NCBI RefSeq assembly: GCF_009914755.1
Contig: NC_060944.1
DNA from: the human T2T-CHM13v2.0 reference genome, Homo sapiens
Reading direction: 5' to 3' (one strand)
DNA length: 64,000 bases
Every line of letters begins with the position of its first letter. Position 1 is the stretch's first letter. The notes beneath the pieces are model-generated. The model did not search any database. It was given only the letters and a program-made list of their open reading frames with translations, and was not told the origin of the DNA. The position numbers and the translations under genes were made by a program. Shown here one piece after another: positions 30,091 to 50,509 of this stretch.

Positions 30091-33029
30091 TTAGCAATTT
30101 ATATTAACTTTATTCTGCTCATCTACAATATACCAGTTACACTTTTAAAATAACTATATTTTTTACTACTAAGACTCAGAATGAAATTTAAGACTTCTTT
30201 GTGATTCTTTTTTGGCCTTAAAATATGTCTTTGTGGAGATACAAGGTCAAAATGTTGTGTTTAGTAACTATTTTTCTCTGTGTAGGTCTCCCATCATGAG
30301 ATATAGTTTGGTTAATTTGCTTCAATCTGTTTTTAATTTTTAGAGATTTTTAAAATTTTGATTTAATTTGTTGTTTTAATTATATAAAACATTTATATAC
30401 AATATTTCTCAAAGTCAAAACTATATAACAAGGTACATTTACAGAAGTTTCCTTTAATCTCATTCTCCTCCACCCTATTCCCTTCCTTCCCACATAGTTA
30501 ACAGTTGTTATTAGTTTATCTTTCCTTTGTTTCTTTTTGAAAACAGTAACAAATGCATATATATGTGTATGGTGTGTACATATATATTTATATTCCCCCC
30601 TTCATTAAATAAAAGATAGCATACTATTAAACACAGTTTTGCAACTTTCTTTTTTCACTTAACATACGCAATATGTTCTGGAGATCCATATATCTTGGAT
30701 ATCACTGTTCCTGGAGATGCTGCTTCTGTAGCTGGGAGGATGATGGGGAATTACTGATACAATGTGGAACCTATTGATGCAGTGGAGAACTATGGTGAAG
30801 GAACAGGCTTAGGGTGGGTGCAGGGAAGGAACATGCCAAGTTCAGTTTTAAACAGATACTTTAACATGTCTGGGTGGTTCTGTCAAAAAAGCCGGTGGAT
30901 TTACAAGGTCTCTAGCAGGAGGAGTGCATGGGCTGAGTGTTGACCAGCATGTGGGAGTTGATACGATGTCATTTGAAGCCACGGCAGGGGACAGGGTCTC
31001 CTAAGGAGAGAATGTGGAGGGAGATGAGAAGAGGACCTAGGCCAGAGCCTGGAGGGGCTCCAGCATAGAGGGCACAGGCAGGGGAGGAGCAGCCAGCAAG
31101 GGTGGGAAAACCTTGGTGAACAGGGATGGGTTCGTGGCCTCTAGGTTGTCTTGTCCATCTCTTATTCTGGTATCTTGAGAAGGAGATCACTATTGGCGTT
31201 CTTCCACCCACAATTGTATCGCATTTTAAAAACATCACCTCTGTGCTCCTGGGCTCTGTCCCTGCAGACGTGGCATGCTATTCGGTATTATAAATAACAA
31301 ATGTGGTTGTTGGTGGCTGATGAGGCCTGCTAAGAGTCCCGAGGGAGGGAGGTGATGAGCCTTCTTGTTTTATAGGCAGAGGTGTGTGGCTGTTTGGAGA
31401 GCAGGGAGGCTGCTCACCTCCTGTTGTGTTTGAAGCCCTTAGAAGTAAGCCACAGAAGCCTGGGTTAGTTCAGCAAACTTCAGAAAAGGAGCCCCTTTAT
31501 TGTTCTCTTTAAGATTTTCAGTGGGATAGTGCGTTAAAGTCTTTTGAGGCAGGGAGTTGATGAAGGGTTCAAAAATATGCCATCATACCCCCCTACCCAC
31601 TGCCATTTAGAGGTTACTTTTGGACAACAACCTCATGTTTTTAAATTTAAATATAGTACATGACATCTCTCATTTTTATTAATCTTGCATTTAGGGAAAC
31701 AAGGCTCACACAAGTAAATTGTCTTCATAACTGAAGCTTACTGTTTTAACTTTTTTTTTTTTTTTTTAGCTTTTCAATGGATCAGTAGCAAAAAAATACA
31801 GTACTGTTGATCTAACTTTTTACTGGCGCATCAGGGGAGCAAATGGCCCCAGGTTATACAGGGGGTTCTGTCGCTAGCTCTCTGTGTGTCTCCATAAGGC
31901 AGCCTTTCTCACTTCCGAAACTCCTAACTAGATAGAAAGGAAACACAGCATTCTGTGCATAAACAGGATTACAAAGAGAGGGTGGATGCTGAGACTGTGC
32001 TGCTTAGAGGTTGTCCCTAATAGCTGAGATTTGGAAGGAGTTTGGAGGGGAAAGAAGGGGGTTTTAACATGGGGACGGGGTACTCTTAGGGAGAAAGGGA
32101 GCCCATGGGAGTGGGGGCAGCTTGTAAGACACTAGGCAGCCAGAGGGCAGTTGGGAGATACCTGGAAGTGGAGGGTGGCAGGAGGTAGGAGAGGGGGCAG
32201 AAGTGAGGGTGGGAGGACCCAGAGAACAGTCTTGCCCTCTTTGCCGTTTTGCTCAGGGCAAAATCTTCCCTCTTGCTTAGCCTATAGAAACAGGGTTTAT
32301 TAGTGGCTTTTTGGGTCAGAAGATAATATTTTTGGCTCCAGATGATGGGAAAGCCTTTGAAAAGCAAAAGAATGTTTCCTGTTCTAGTAAGCCGATTTTT
32401 TGCAACTTGCTTATGACTTCAGTATTTCAATACTTAGCAGATTATTTGAAAGCTCTTTTGGGGTTAATCAGGGAGGAAAAGAGGGAACACATACAAATGC
32501 TTCCCACCCCACCCCCTTCCTTTTCATAGTAGGAGCAAGAGTCAATTTGTAAAATCAAAAACCAAGTCCCTAGAATCGTAAGCCAAATGAAAAGGTTTTC
32601 TCATTGGCAACTCATTAAACTCAGACCTAAGAAAACAAACATTTGTTTGAGCCTGATGGAGGCGTGGGCCACACTTAATCCAAGCATTTTCTTGTAGGCT
32701 GGATTCTAAAATAGAAGATAGTAGGTCCTAGTACCATTTCCATCTAGTCCAGGTTAGCTGGTAAGTTTCATCTCTCATGCCAAGTCTGATCAATTGCTTG
32801 GTGGCCATGGTGAAAAGGATTCTGGGGGCTGCTGCTTTGCTCTGGAGGAAAGAAATTGATCAATGATGTCTGTTTGCTGTGAGCTGGGATTAGAGAATGA
32901 CAGTGCCGGTCCTTGGACTGGCCAATGATTCTCCACAAGGCTGCACATAGAACCATCTGGGGAACTTTCAAAGGCCTAGACCACACCCAGAGATTCTGAT
33001 TCAGTTGTTCTCTGAAGCCTTGGATCAGT

Positions 33030-34004
<975 letters not shown>

Positions 34005-37000
34005 CTAGAACCCAAGAGCAGGAGCGCCGCAGGGCCTCCGGAAGTGGTGGGAACTGGGACTTACTGCTCCTCACTGGCATGCCCTCTGCCTCCCTTCCTG
34101 TCTCCCTCCTGTCTTTTGCTTTTCTAACTAGGACCCTGCTTCTCTGCTTGCTGGCCCTGTGGTGAGATGCAGCACAGCCACTAAACACAACCATGCCTTC
34201 CTGCTGGTCTCAGTTCCAGCATCCCCAGGGAAGGAACTGTGGCTGACCCAGCTTGGGACAGCTGTGGCCAGTGGAGGGGAGGGGAGGGTTCTGTGGAGTG
34301 ACCTCTGAGTGAGGATGGGAAGGTCCATTCCCACAGGGGGACTGCTAGGCAGACAAAGCTGGGGTCTCCCTTTCTCTCCCTCTCTCAAGTGACAGGCAGA
34401 GCAGTGGGCAGGAGACCAGGAGAGTGTGGCCTCCCTGAAGTCCACCGAGTGGTTCATGGAGAGCACATGTGACACCAGTTCCCTGGAGAGGATTGGGGAA
34501 AGCCAGCCTAGTCTGACACCACCACTGTGTTCCAGCTGCCGTCCTTCAGAGTTGGGTTTCAGTAGAAGAAAGTTCTCAATAGGGAGTTCCTGGCTTTCTA
34601 GGGAAGTCCTGGGATAGGTTTGAGGGGTCTGTGATCCCCCTCAAATTGTGTACAAGAATGTGAGGTTTTATATGCCTAGGCACATTTTCTGGGGGAGATG
34701 GTCCATAGCCTCTCTACATGGAGTGCAGTGGGAAGTGGGGGACAGGTTTCTTCTCAAGGTGGGGAGCCTGTCTTCCTCCTCCCCATAACCCTCCTCCAAG
34801 CCTCTTCCGGATCGATTTCTACACAGAGTGTTGATTCAGCCAGATAAGGTGCACGAAGGTAACTAAGCAAGTGGGTGTAGACTTTGAGTTCAGCAACTTG
34901 TGTGGCAGATAGTCAGTCATACACGGTAGTGAATCAGAAACTCTCCTAGTTTCAGTGTTGACTATTCTCATCTGTTCATATGCTTATAGTGCATCTCGTC
35001 AGCTCACAGCCAGCTGCCTGCTTCTAGAAGGCAGGTCCTTTCACTTCTACTCTGCCATGTTTGTTGATTGCCACCGTCTCATATTAGTGGGGACTCTTCC
35101 TGTTGCAAGTTCAGAAACAGCTCCAGCAGCTTCCCCGAATGGAAACAGTATTGGCTCTTGGAACTGGGAATTTCAAAGGACAGCTGGATTTAGGGGTTCA
35201 AGGGGTCTCCAGGGCTTCATGTGTCTCTCTCTCTCCTGGCTTTCCTGGGAGTGCTGGCTTCCTTCCTAGGCCCTTGTTCTGTGTTGGGAAAGATGGCTGC
35301 AGCAGCCACAGTCAGTGCCCTTATCAGTCGGGATTGACAGGTGAGAGAAGCCATTTCTCTGCCTCTCCTCACCTTCTGAGTCTCATGGAAGGCCTCTCCT
35401 TGGCCACATACACCTTGTCTCACAGGTGGGAAGCAGGAATGAGTGCTGTCTCTGGCCAGGCCACATTTAGCTGCCTACTCTTGTGACCCCAGTGACTGAG
35501 AGTCCCCCAGACCCCCATGGGATAGGGAAAGGGCAGGGTCCCCATGGAAAAGAGGTGCTGGGAAGACAGACAGCCGGTGGCCAGCATTGCGATCTAGTGG
35601 AGGACTCGCCACGGGCGATGGTGAGAGTGGTGGCTTTCAATATGATGCCCGTGGAGACTTCACAACCAACCAGAAAGCCCTGCAGTGTTTAGACCCCTGA
35701 TGATGTTTTGGCTCATCAGTATGGTGAGCCACCTGCACCTACTGCACCACAGGTGGCTCATTCCTGTGGTGCAGTAGGACAGTGGCCTAGAAGGTCAGGA
35801 CTCTTCTGGAAAATTTTGCACAAGGGTCTTGATTTTAAACGAGGCCGCTAGTTGCCAGTGAGGCCTGCCGTAAATAAATAATGAGCCCCAGGCAAGCATC
35901 CACCCATTCTCAACACCTCAGGACACAGACTCACAGAAGCAACTGTGCATTTCTGCTCTGTGTGGTTTTAAAGCTTGGGAGGAGGTTGCAGTTGAATTGA
36001 GAGGCAGGCTGTTTTTTACTTAATGACCCGTTCTGGAGAGATTGCCGTGTGATGAGGGTATAAACATGCTTCCACCAGCCTGTGGTCTGGAGATGTGTAC
36101 CGACCGGTTCTTGGGAGAGACGGCTGGACACACAAGGAGCCACAGAGCAGCCAGTGGGGAGGGCCAGCATAGTCGTGCTGAATTGTGTCTGGAATGAGCT
36201 CCCAAGGCTGTTCTTTCTAATCACAGTTCTCCCCGCCTGCCAAGCGCATCCTGGACTCCGTGTCTCCGTTTGCCTTGTTGAGTCCACATGGATGGCCTTC
36301 CTTGCTCTCTGTTTCAGCCAGTCCTATCTTTCCTCAAGGCCACTGCTAGTTTCATCTCTGCGAGGCCTTCTCAGCTCCCACCCTGTCTCAGGCCCTCATG
36401 GCCCGCTGGGATGGGCAGCACCTTCAGCGTTAAGCAGACTGGTCTGAGTGCTGACCTGCTTTTAGTCTGCCTCCGTCATCAGAAGAGGATATTCCTGCCT
36501 AACTCCATTGTTCTTAGAGGGTCATGCAAGATAAGGTGCACGAAGATGCCTGAGTATAGCACCTGGGCCATTTTCAAGGAAAGAGTGGCCTGCGTAGAAT
36601 GACATTTTGTCCTGATTTACAGGACTAAATCCACATTGAACTGTAGAGTGGAAATCATAAAATTCAATGCACTTTTCATGCTGGAAGGGATATGATGTAT
36701 TGTGGCACACATTTGATTATTTGGATCTGATGAATAGCAGCAATTTTCTGGCCTGGTAAGCGCTGCAGAGCTGCTTCATTATTGATGGGGCCTGTGTCCA
36801 CAGAGGACGCCACTGTGAACCCAGGAGCCACCTGGCCTCGGGAGTTTTCTTTTATATGTGACAGTGTGATTGCTGAGGAAACTTGAGGCTCGCTTGAGAG
36901 GAGGCGCAGTGCTCCCAGATTTAAAGGCAGGGCTGTCGGCTTTGTAGTCTGCCGTCTGTGTGGCTGGTACGGGCAGCGTACATTTGAGGAGAAATGAAAA

Positions 37001-37534
37001 GGCAGCCCTTAATTGAGAGTCATTCTTGTCAGTGAAGAACTTGGAGCTACAGGCCCTGTGTGGCTGGGACCCCAGGGCCCAGGTCATGTGGGTCACGGCC
37101 GCCTTTGCTTCCCTGCAGCTTGCATGGGGCCGTCACCTGGCCTCAGGGAGCCTGAGTGGCCTTGCCAGTGGAGTGTGGCTCGTGGTGGCTGGCTCACCAG
37201 GGCGATGGAGAGGCTCGGTGAGCATCCACATGGCACACAGCCACTAAGTGTGCGTTCTCATCTTCATTCCCCGTGGCACAGTGCCCACATGTACTGGGTG
37301 CAGGTAGAGATACAGAGGAGGAAAGGGAGCAGAGTACTGGGAGACACTGGCTGGCCAGTATCTCAGGGTGACAAGAGTAGGCTGCACGACGGGGCCTGCC
37401 TGGAGACAGGGGCCAAGACCGAGCAAGAGGCCTGGAGCCCCTGCTGGGTGTCTTGGAATTTATCTCACACAAAGGGGAACCAGCAAAGTTTTTGAAGGAG
37501 GAAACAGACACGATTGGGATTGTTGTTGTCATTG

Positions 37535-39811
<2,277 letters not shown>

Positions 39812-42378
39812 CTAGGGGCCCGAGGAGGGAGGAGGGGCTGCCCCCAGCTGGAAGGAGGAGCAGGGAAGGAAGGCTAGACAGTGAGTAGGAGTGTATTCAT
39901 GGACAGGGCCAAACCATGGGAGCAGTTTGCCGGGTGGCCAAGGAAACAGGTATTCCTGTTGATGAAGGTGACCAGCGGAAGCTCTGGGGCCTGACTCAGT
40001 GTGAGGGATGAAGAGGAGCCCATGTGAGGCTGGAGAGGTGGCCTTTCTTAGATGCCATTCCAGAGACAGCCACTGGAAGCTTTAAGGTGGAAGGTGCAGT
40101 GGTCAGACCTGCACTTTAGAATAGTTCCTTTCGTGGGTGCATGAGGAATGGACAGAGACAGCAGGCACTTTGCTTAGCTGTGGGCGGAACTGAAGGGGGA
40201 ATTGGATGCTGGAGAGAGTAGCAGAATCAAGAGGTAGAGGGGGTCATGTCAGCAGGACATGGTGACCCACTGGACAGTGGGGAGCAGAGAGAGGGTGAGG
40301 TTACCGGGTCTCTGGTTGCTCCACCAGTGGGAGGAGGGCCGGGCCTTCTGGGTCTGGGACAGTTAAGTTGGAGGTGCCTTGGAGATGCCAGTCCTGATTG
40401 TCTGGCAGACAGCTGGATCAAGGGAGAGGTCTGGGAGGTGCCAGAATGGTTGAGGCTCTAGAGACAGGGCCTGTGGAGTGAGGGAGGCACTGGGGCGGCA
40501 ACTGGGTCTCACTGTCCCTGTGGTCTCTGAACTGAGCCCCACTGAAACTGGAGGAGCCCCCAGCCTTGAGCTCAGAAGGCAGACTCCTTCCTAGAGATCC
40601 AGGCAGGCCTTGCAAATTTTGTTTTGTTTTGTTTTGGCCAAGTTACATAAACAGAGTAGGGGGACCTTCAGATCATTTTGATTTTTGGTGGGAGGAGGCT
40701 CAGCAGGCCGAAGGAATCCAGCACTGCAGTGAGAGGCCTGGCTGGGGAGGGGAAGCCCTCCAGTTATCTTGGGACAATCACTCCTTGGGGGCCTGGGACC
40801 TGGCTGGCTCTTCATATCTGGTTATCTCGCCTGGCTGATGGGAGACGATGTTGGCCGATAGGAGGGAGCTGACAGGCCTCTGGATCAGATCCGAGGCAGG
40901 GACTGCCCTTCCCTGCATGGGCCCTCCTCTTCTGTAGGGTGGGCTGAGGCTTGGGCCACGGGCCAATGGGGCAAGCAGGGAAGGTCAGGGAGTAAAGTGA
41001 GCTGGAAGCCGGGGTTGGGAAATGAAACACAGAGGGGTATTTTTCTCATCTGGAAGTGTCCCCCCTCCCAGGAGTCTTAGTCTGCTTCTTATTTTCCCAT
41101 TTCTCAATAAAGAACATGGGCACTGAGAAACATTTCCCAATCATAGTGCTGGGGGCGGCAGGGTGTGGGGGCCACGGTCGGCACCTGAAAAGGGGCAGCG
41201 CCTCCTCAGCCCCTCACTGCCATGAGGGAATGCAGGGCCATTGTCACCGGATGGTTAGTTTCAAGAGAATCTAGGAATCCAGATTTCATGGGAAATCTCC
41301 CAATTGGCTTAAATTTTTAAATAAACACTGCCGGCCAGATGAAGTCTGTGGCCTGGACGAGGCCTGTGGGCTGTGGTTGGCGTTCTCTGGGCTAGCCCGG
41401 CCTCTCTGACGTCCGTCCTTTCTGGCCACGGCACACTGCAAGTTATCACCCAGAGGAGGAGAGGACACTAGATAGGAGCACACTGAGCCTATTCCAGATA
41501 CTTCTCTGACATGAGCCTGAGTGGCTGGGCCAAGCTGTGTCCCTTCCCTGGAGTCTCCCTTCCTTATCAGCACAATGAACGCCAGGGCTAGATCTGTGGG
41601 TTTCAACCTTTCGTTCCTTAGCAGCAGAACTTTGTTTCATTTCAATCTTACAAGGGACAAATCACAGTGTATGAAATAGATTGAAAATCAGAGCTGCTCC
41701 TGTCGCCCAGGGAGTCTGGAATTCTGCCCCGAGGCTGCCTCTGCCCTCCCCCACAGAGGCACCTCTGACAGGCTCCGCAGAACACAGTGTGGGACTGCCC
41801 ACCTGCCGGCTGGCCCTCTGCACCCCTCCCAGTCCTGGCATTCTGTGGGTTGAATGGGAGGACAAGAATGGCAGCCAGAGGAGGGCAAGCCACAGTGGGT
41901 CTGCCCCATAGCCAGCTCCTCGCCCACATTTTGTCCAGTCCCTGGCACGAGGTGATCGGCCAGTCACTGGGTGCAGCTGGCACTTCCTGGGTGCTTTCCA
42001 CGTAGTTTTGCCTCCTCACATCAGCCCTGTAAGGCGGGTGTGGCTATTTCCATTTCACAGGTGAGTAAACCAAGACACAGAAAGGGGAAGTGAGTTTCAC
42101 ACAAGGTCAGTTGGCTGGAAAGGGAAGGATCCCAGGTTCTACCTGGGCGTCTGAGACCCCACAAGCTGCTCCCTCCCCGTGGGGCTTCCTTTATTCTTCA
42201 CTGAGAGCCACGATGCTCCGGGGCAGTCCCACATCCGTGTGGGTGGTAGGTCCCGGGAATGACAGTTTCCATCTCTTGTGTTTCTGTGGCATGCTTCTTT
42301 GCTTTCAGATGTGATCTCCTTTTGCTGGCGTCAGGCTTGATCCATCTAAGCAGGACTCTCCTTTTTATCACCTCACAG

Positions 42379-42486
42379 GAGGCTGAACCGTCTGAGCCCA
42401 GAAGTGCTGAGGTGACGAGGAAGCCCAAGGCTGCTGTTCCTTCTGTGAACAAGAGGCCCAAGAAAGAGACTAAGAAGAAGCGGTAG
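42379..42486 (+). CDS. MANBAL: MANBAL coding exon 2 (aa 51-85): [35 protein letters not shown]
   Basis: Acceptor CTCTCCTTTTTATCACCTCACAG| ending 42378; phase 0 matches the upstream exon; 108 nt including TAG, giving an 85-aa product. Confidence 0.95.
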
Positions 42487-43330
42487 AAGAGGAGGCCTGA
42501 GGAGCTGGGCGGGCAGGGAGAGGGTCTTGGGGACAGCCCTCCTGGGAATCTACATTGTGTTCCCCCGCATTCCAGGCTCAGGGTCTGAGGAGGCTGTGAC
42601 GCCCTATGACCGCAGAGATCTAGACAGTCGTAACAGTCCCCAGGCTCCAGCTGGGCAATCCACCACTTCCTCTTCCTTCTGCTTCTGTGACGGTTTAGAG
42701 TCAAGGGGGCTGAAACACACTGTGAGCATAGACTGTATTAGGTTTGTTCAGAAGCCGGGTCAGCTCACAGAGTCACATTTTCTTGCTTAGTCATGTGTCC
42801 CTCCTTGAGTTGCCCCCTCCTTGTGGGTTTACACTACATTTTGGAGTCATTGTCTAATGCTGACAAGCACACCCTCTCCCATTATTTGTGCACTACAGAT
42901 CTCCTGCTGATCAGTCACCTTTGTTGCTGCTGTGTAGACAGAGCCAGGCCTCACCTGTTTGTTTAGGCCAAGATGCCATGGACATGCAGCGTTAGTGATC
43001 CCACTAGCTGCGACAGCCAGGCCCAGAAAATGCCTGGCGTGAGAGCCAGCAGACAGCCAGGCCGGGGTAGGCAGTGCCTGCTTCTGCTCCATCAGGTGCA
43101 GGGGATTTGGCTGAAGGCGTGCATATTTCCTGGGCACAAACTTCCTGAGCCTCTGAAATGGGAGGCTCGTCAATTTCAGACCAACCTCTTTTCAACCCAT
43201 CATAGCACGTTCAAGGTGTGCCTTTTACTTCTACCTGTACATCCCCCATCCCTTCAATTCTTTCATTCCCTGACCAGTGAGAGGGTTCCTGGGGGAAGTA
43301 TGGTGAATAAACTGACATGCATGCTTCAGA
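42487..43330 (+). other. MANBAL: MANBAL 3'UTR
   Basis: Unique sequence between the stop codon and the poly(A) signal; no obvious repeats. Confidence 0.85.
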
Positions 43331-43351
43331 ACCTGCCTGTGTTGTCTTTTG
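43306..43351 (+). terminator. MANBAL: Cleavage/polyadenylation signal of MANBAL
   Basis: AATAAA 43306-43311, CA about 16 nt downstream, then GU/U-rich element TGTGTTGTCTTTTTG (~43338-43351). Confidence 0.88.
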
Positions 43352-44434
43352 CTGAGGGAGAGGGGAAGCCTAGGGCCCTGCCCCGGGGATGAGGGAAAGG
43401 CTTGACCCCCAGAGAAGTGGGACAGTGGGGGTGAGGATGGCCAGAATAGGATGGCTTCGGTAAGAGCAGTTCTGCAGGCTGAGCCATTCTGGAAGAAGTT
43501 TTCAGGAAGGATCCGGCTAAGTGCTTCGTGTGGCCCTTAGTCACTGGAAACACTTGTGAATGGCCGTGGGTGTGTTAGAGTTTCCACTGGGTCCAGGCCC
43601 CACTCATTCCCCAGGTTCCTTCTGAGGAAGATGCTGCTTGTCTTCAAAGTGGCTTGAGAAAAACCAAGTGCAATACAGTAAAAGGCCTTACGTGGCATTG
43701 GCCAGGTCTAGTCACTTGCCCTGAATCAGCTGCTGAGGAAAAGCCCTGACCTCTTGGTAACTCGGATTTGCCCAGCTCATTTACAGCCTGCCAGACAGCT
43801 TTCCCAAATGCCAGGACTGATGAGGATCTTAAGAGATGAGCGACTATCATCTCTGTTTTGGAGATGGGAAACTGAAGTCCAGACTACTTTGAGAATGTCC
43901 AAGCTGGGATTTAGACCCAGCCCACGGCACATTCCTTGGTATTTAACAGGTATTTAGCGAGTGTTGGTAGGCACAGTGCTATGAGGGTCCTGCTCTGCTG
44001 CAGAGGGGCTTGGCAAGATCTCCCAGCACTTCAGGTTTCAGGAGAGGAAGTCCAGGGGCTGGGGATTGTGCATAATGAAGGGCTAGATACTGGCTTGAGA
44101 AGGAGCTTCTGCGGATTGTTTCTGTTTCATAACACTTACCGAGAGCTTCAATGCCAGGCACCATGCTAGGAACTGAGGATGCAGAAATAAGGAACCTTCC
44201 CGGAAACCCAGAGTGCACCTGGCTGAGTGGGAGACGCAGACATGTAAGCAGGTTTGATGTGGGGAGTTTCTCCAACAGAGGAGCAGCAGGTGTTCCCAGG
44301 GGCACCCAGCTCAATCTCGAGGGGTCGGTGCAGCCACCTGGCAGAGTGGAAGTGATGGAGCTGAATCTTAAAGGCTCAGCAGGACTTGAGACCACAGGGA
44401 AATGAGGCTGGGAGAGCAGGGGCCAGGCCTATAG

Positions 44435-45544
<1,110 letters not shown>

Positions 45545-45739
45545 CCACTCACATGCTGATGTCTCCCAGACGGATCTCTCCAGCCCTACTCCTGAGCTCC
45601 AGACTCACATATCTGACTTCCTACTCATTATCTCCATTTGAATACACAACAGGCATCTCAAAGCACATTCCTGATCTCACCAGCAGCCCCAAGCCTGCTC
45701 TTTTCGTGGTCTTCCCTATCTTAAAGAGCATCTTAAGAA

Positions 45740-48900
<3,161 letters not shown>

Positions 48901-49369
48901 CTTAAACAACATCTTAATTCTTCCAGTTGCTTGGGCCAAAAACCTTGAAGTTATTCTTAACTTCCCTCTCTCTGTCATACTCCACTTCTGACCCTGAAGT
49001 ATCTCCTTGACACTCAACCTTAAAAATCCAGAATGATACTATCTCACCACTTCACTATCCTCATCTCACCTGGATATTGCAGCAGCCTCCTCACTGGTAG
49101 TCTGTTCTCAAAACAGCAGTCAGAGGGATCCTCTTAAAACTTGTGAGATCACCTCCATCACCTGTCCCCATCTCACTCAGGTAAAGGCCAAAGTCCTCAC
49201 TGGGACCCACAGAGCCTGCAAGAACCACTTCACCTCCTTCGCCTCTCTGACTCCATTTCCCTCCACTCCTTCCTTGCCCACTTCACTATCTAAAGGACTA
49301 AATCACTAATGGCAAAATTGTGCTCATCAATGAGGAAGAGACTCTAGAGAAGAGTTTTGTTTTTATTTT

Positions 49370-50480
49370 TTAACTTATTGGAGTAAAATTCACATGACAT
49401 AAAACTGACCATTTTAAAGTATACAATTCAGTAGCATTTTAGTGCTTTCACAGTGTTGTATAGCCACCACCTCTATCTTGTTCCAAATTTATATATTTTT
49501 TAGAGGCAGGGTCTTGCTTTTTTACCCAGGCTGGAGTGCAGTTACACCATCATAGCTCACTGCAGCCTCGACGTCCTGGGCCCAAGCAATCCTCCTGCCT
49601 CCGCTTTCTGAGTAGCTGGGGCTACAGGTGCATACCACCACCCTCAACTAATTTTTAAATTTTTTGTAGAGACAGGATCTCACTATGTTGCCCAAGCTGA
49701 TCTCGAACTACTGGCCTAAAGTCATCCTCCCACCTTGGCCTCCCAAAGCCTTGGGATTATAGGCGTGAGCCACCATGCCCCGCCAGTACAGCCACTTTAG
49801 AAAACTGGGGTTTCTGGGAGCTAAATGATGAGAACTTATGAACGGAAAGAAGGAAACAACAGACATTGGGGTCTACTTGAAGGGGGAGGGTGGGAGGGGG
49901 AGAGGAGCAAAAAAGATCACTATTGGGTACTGGGCTTAATAACTGGGTGATGGAATGATATGTACAACAAACTCCCGTGATATGTGTTTACATATGTAAC
50001 AAACCTTCACATGCACCCCTAAACCTAAAATAAAAGTAAAAAAATTAAAGAAAACTGGAGTCTCTTTTAAAAATTTAACATACATCTAACCTATGAGCCA
50101 GCATTCCACTCCTAGATATTACCCAAGAGAGACGAAAATATTTGTCCACAAAAATCTTGTACTAAATTCAAGCTAGATTGTTCATAGCTGCTTTATTCAT
50201 AGCAGTCAAAAACTAAAAATAGCCCTGATGCTCATCAACAATAGAATGAGTAAAATGCAGCATATTTATACAATGAAATACTACACACCATCAAGAAATG
50301 ATCTACTGTCAGGCATGGTGGCTCAAGCTTGTAATCCCAGCTACTCAGGAAGCTGAAGTGGGAAGATCCCTTGAGTCCTGGAGTTCAAGGCTGCAGTGAG
50401 CTATGACTGCACCACTGCACTCCAATCTGGGTGACAGAATGAGATCCCGTCTCTTAAAAAAAAAAAAAGAAAGAAAGAAA
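49370..50480. mobile_element. Mixed L1 fragments (L1PA/PB 3' end on + at ~49815-50040), AluJ(-) 49495-49783, FRAM(+) 50310-50478
   Basis: GGGAGCTAAATGATGAGAAC...ATGTAACAAACCT.CACATG...CTAAAATAAAAGT L1 3'UTR. Confidence 0.8.
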
Positions 50481-50509
50481 TGATTACAGATACACACAAT
50501 ATGAATATG

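Noticed and set aside
42484-42590. Stop-codon readthrough of MANBAL
   Set aside because: TAG-A context is not a leaky-stop motif such as TGA-CTAG.
42198-43392. Antisense 168-aa ORF and 3'UTR ORFs (87 aa, 139 aa)
   Set aside because: No recognisable homology or domain; explicable by chance and by the antisense shadow of the real CDS.
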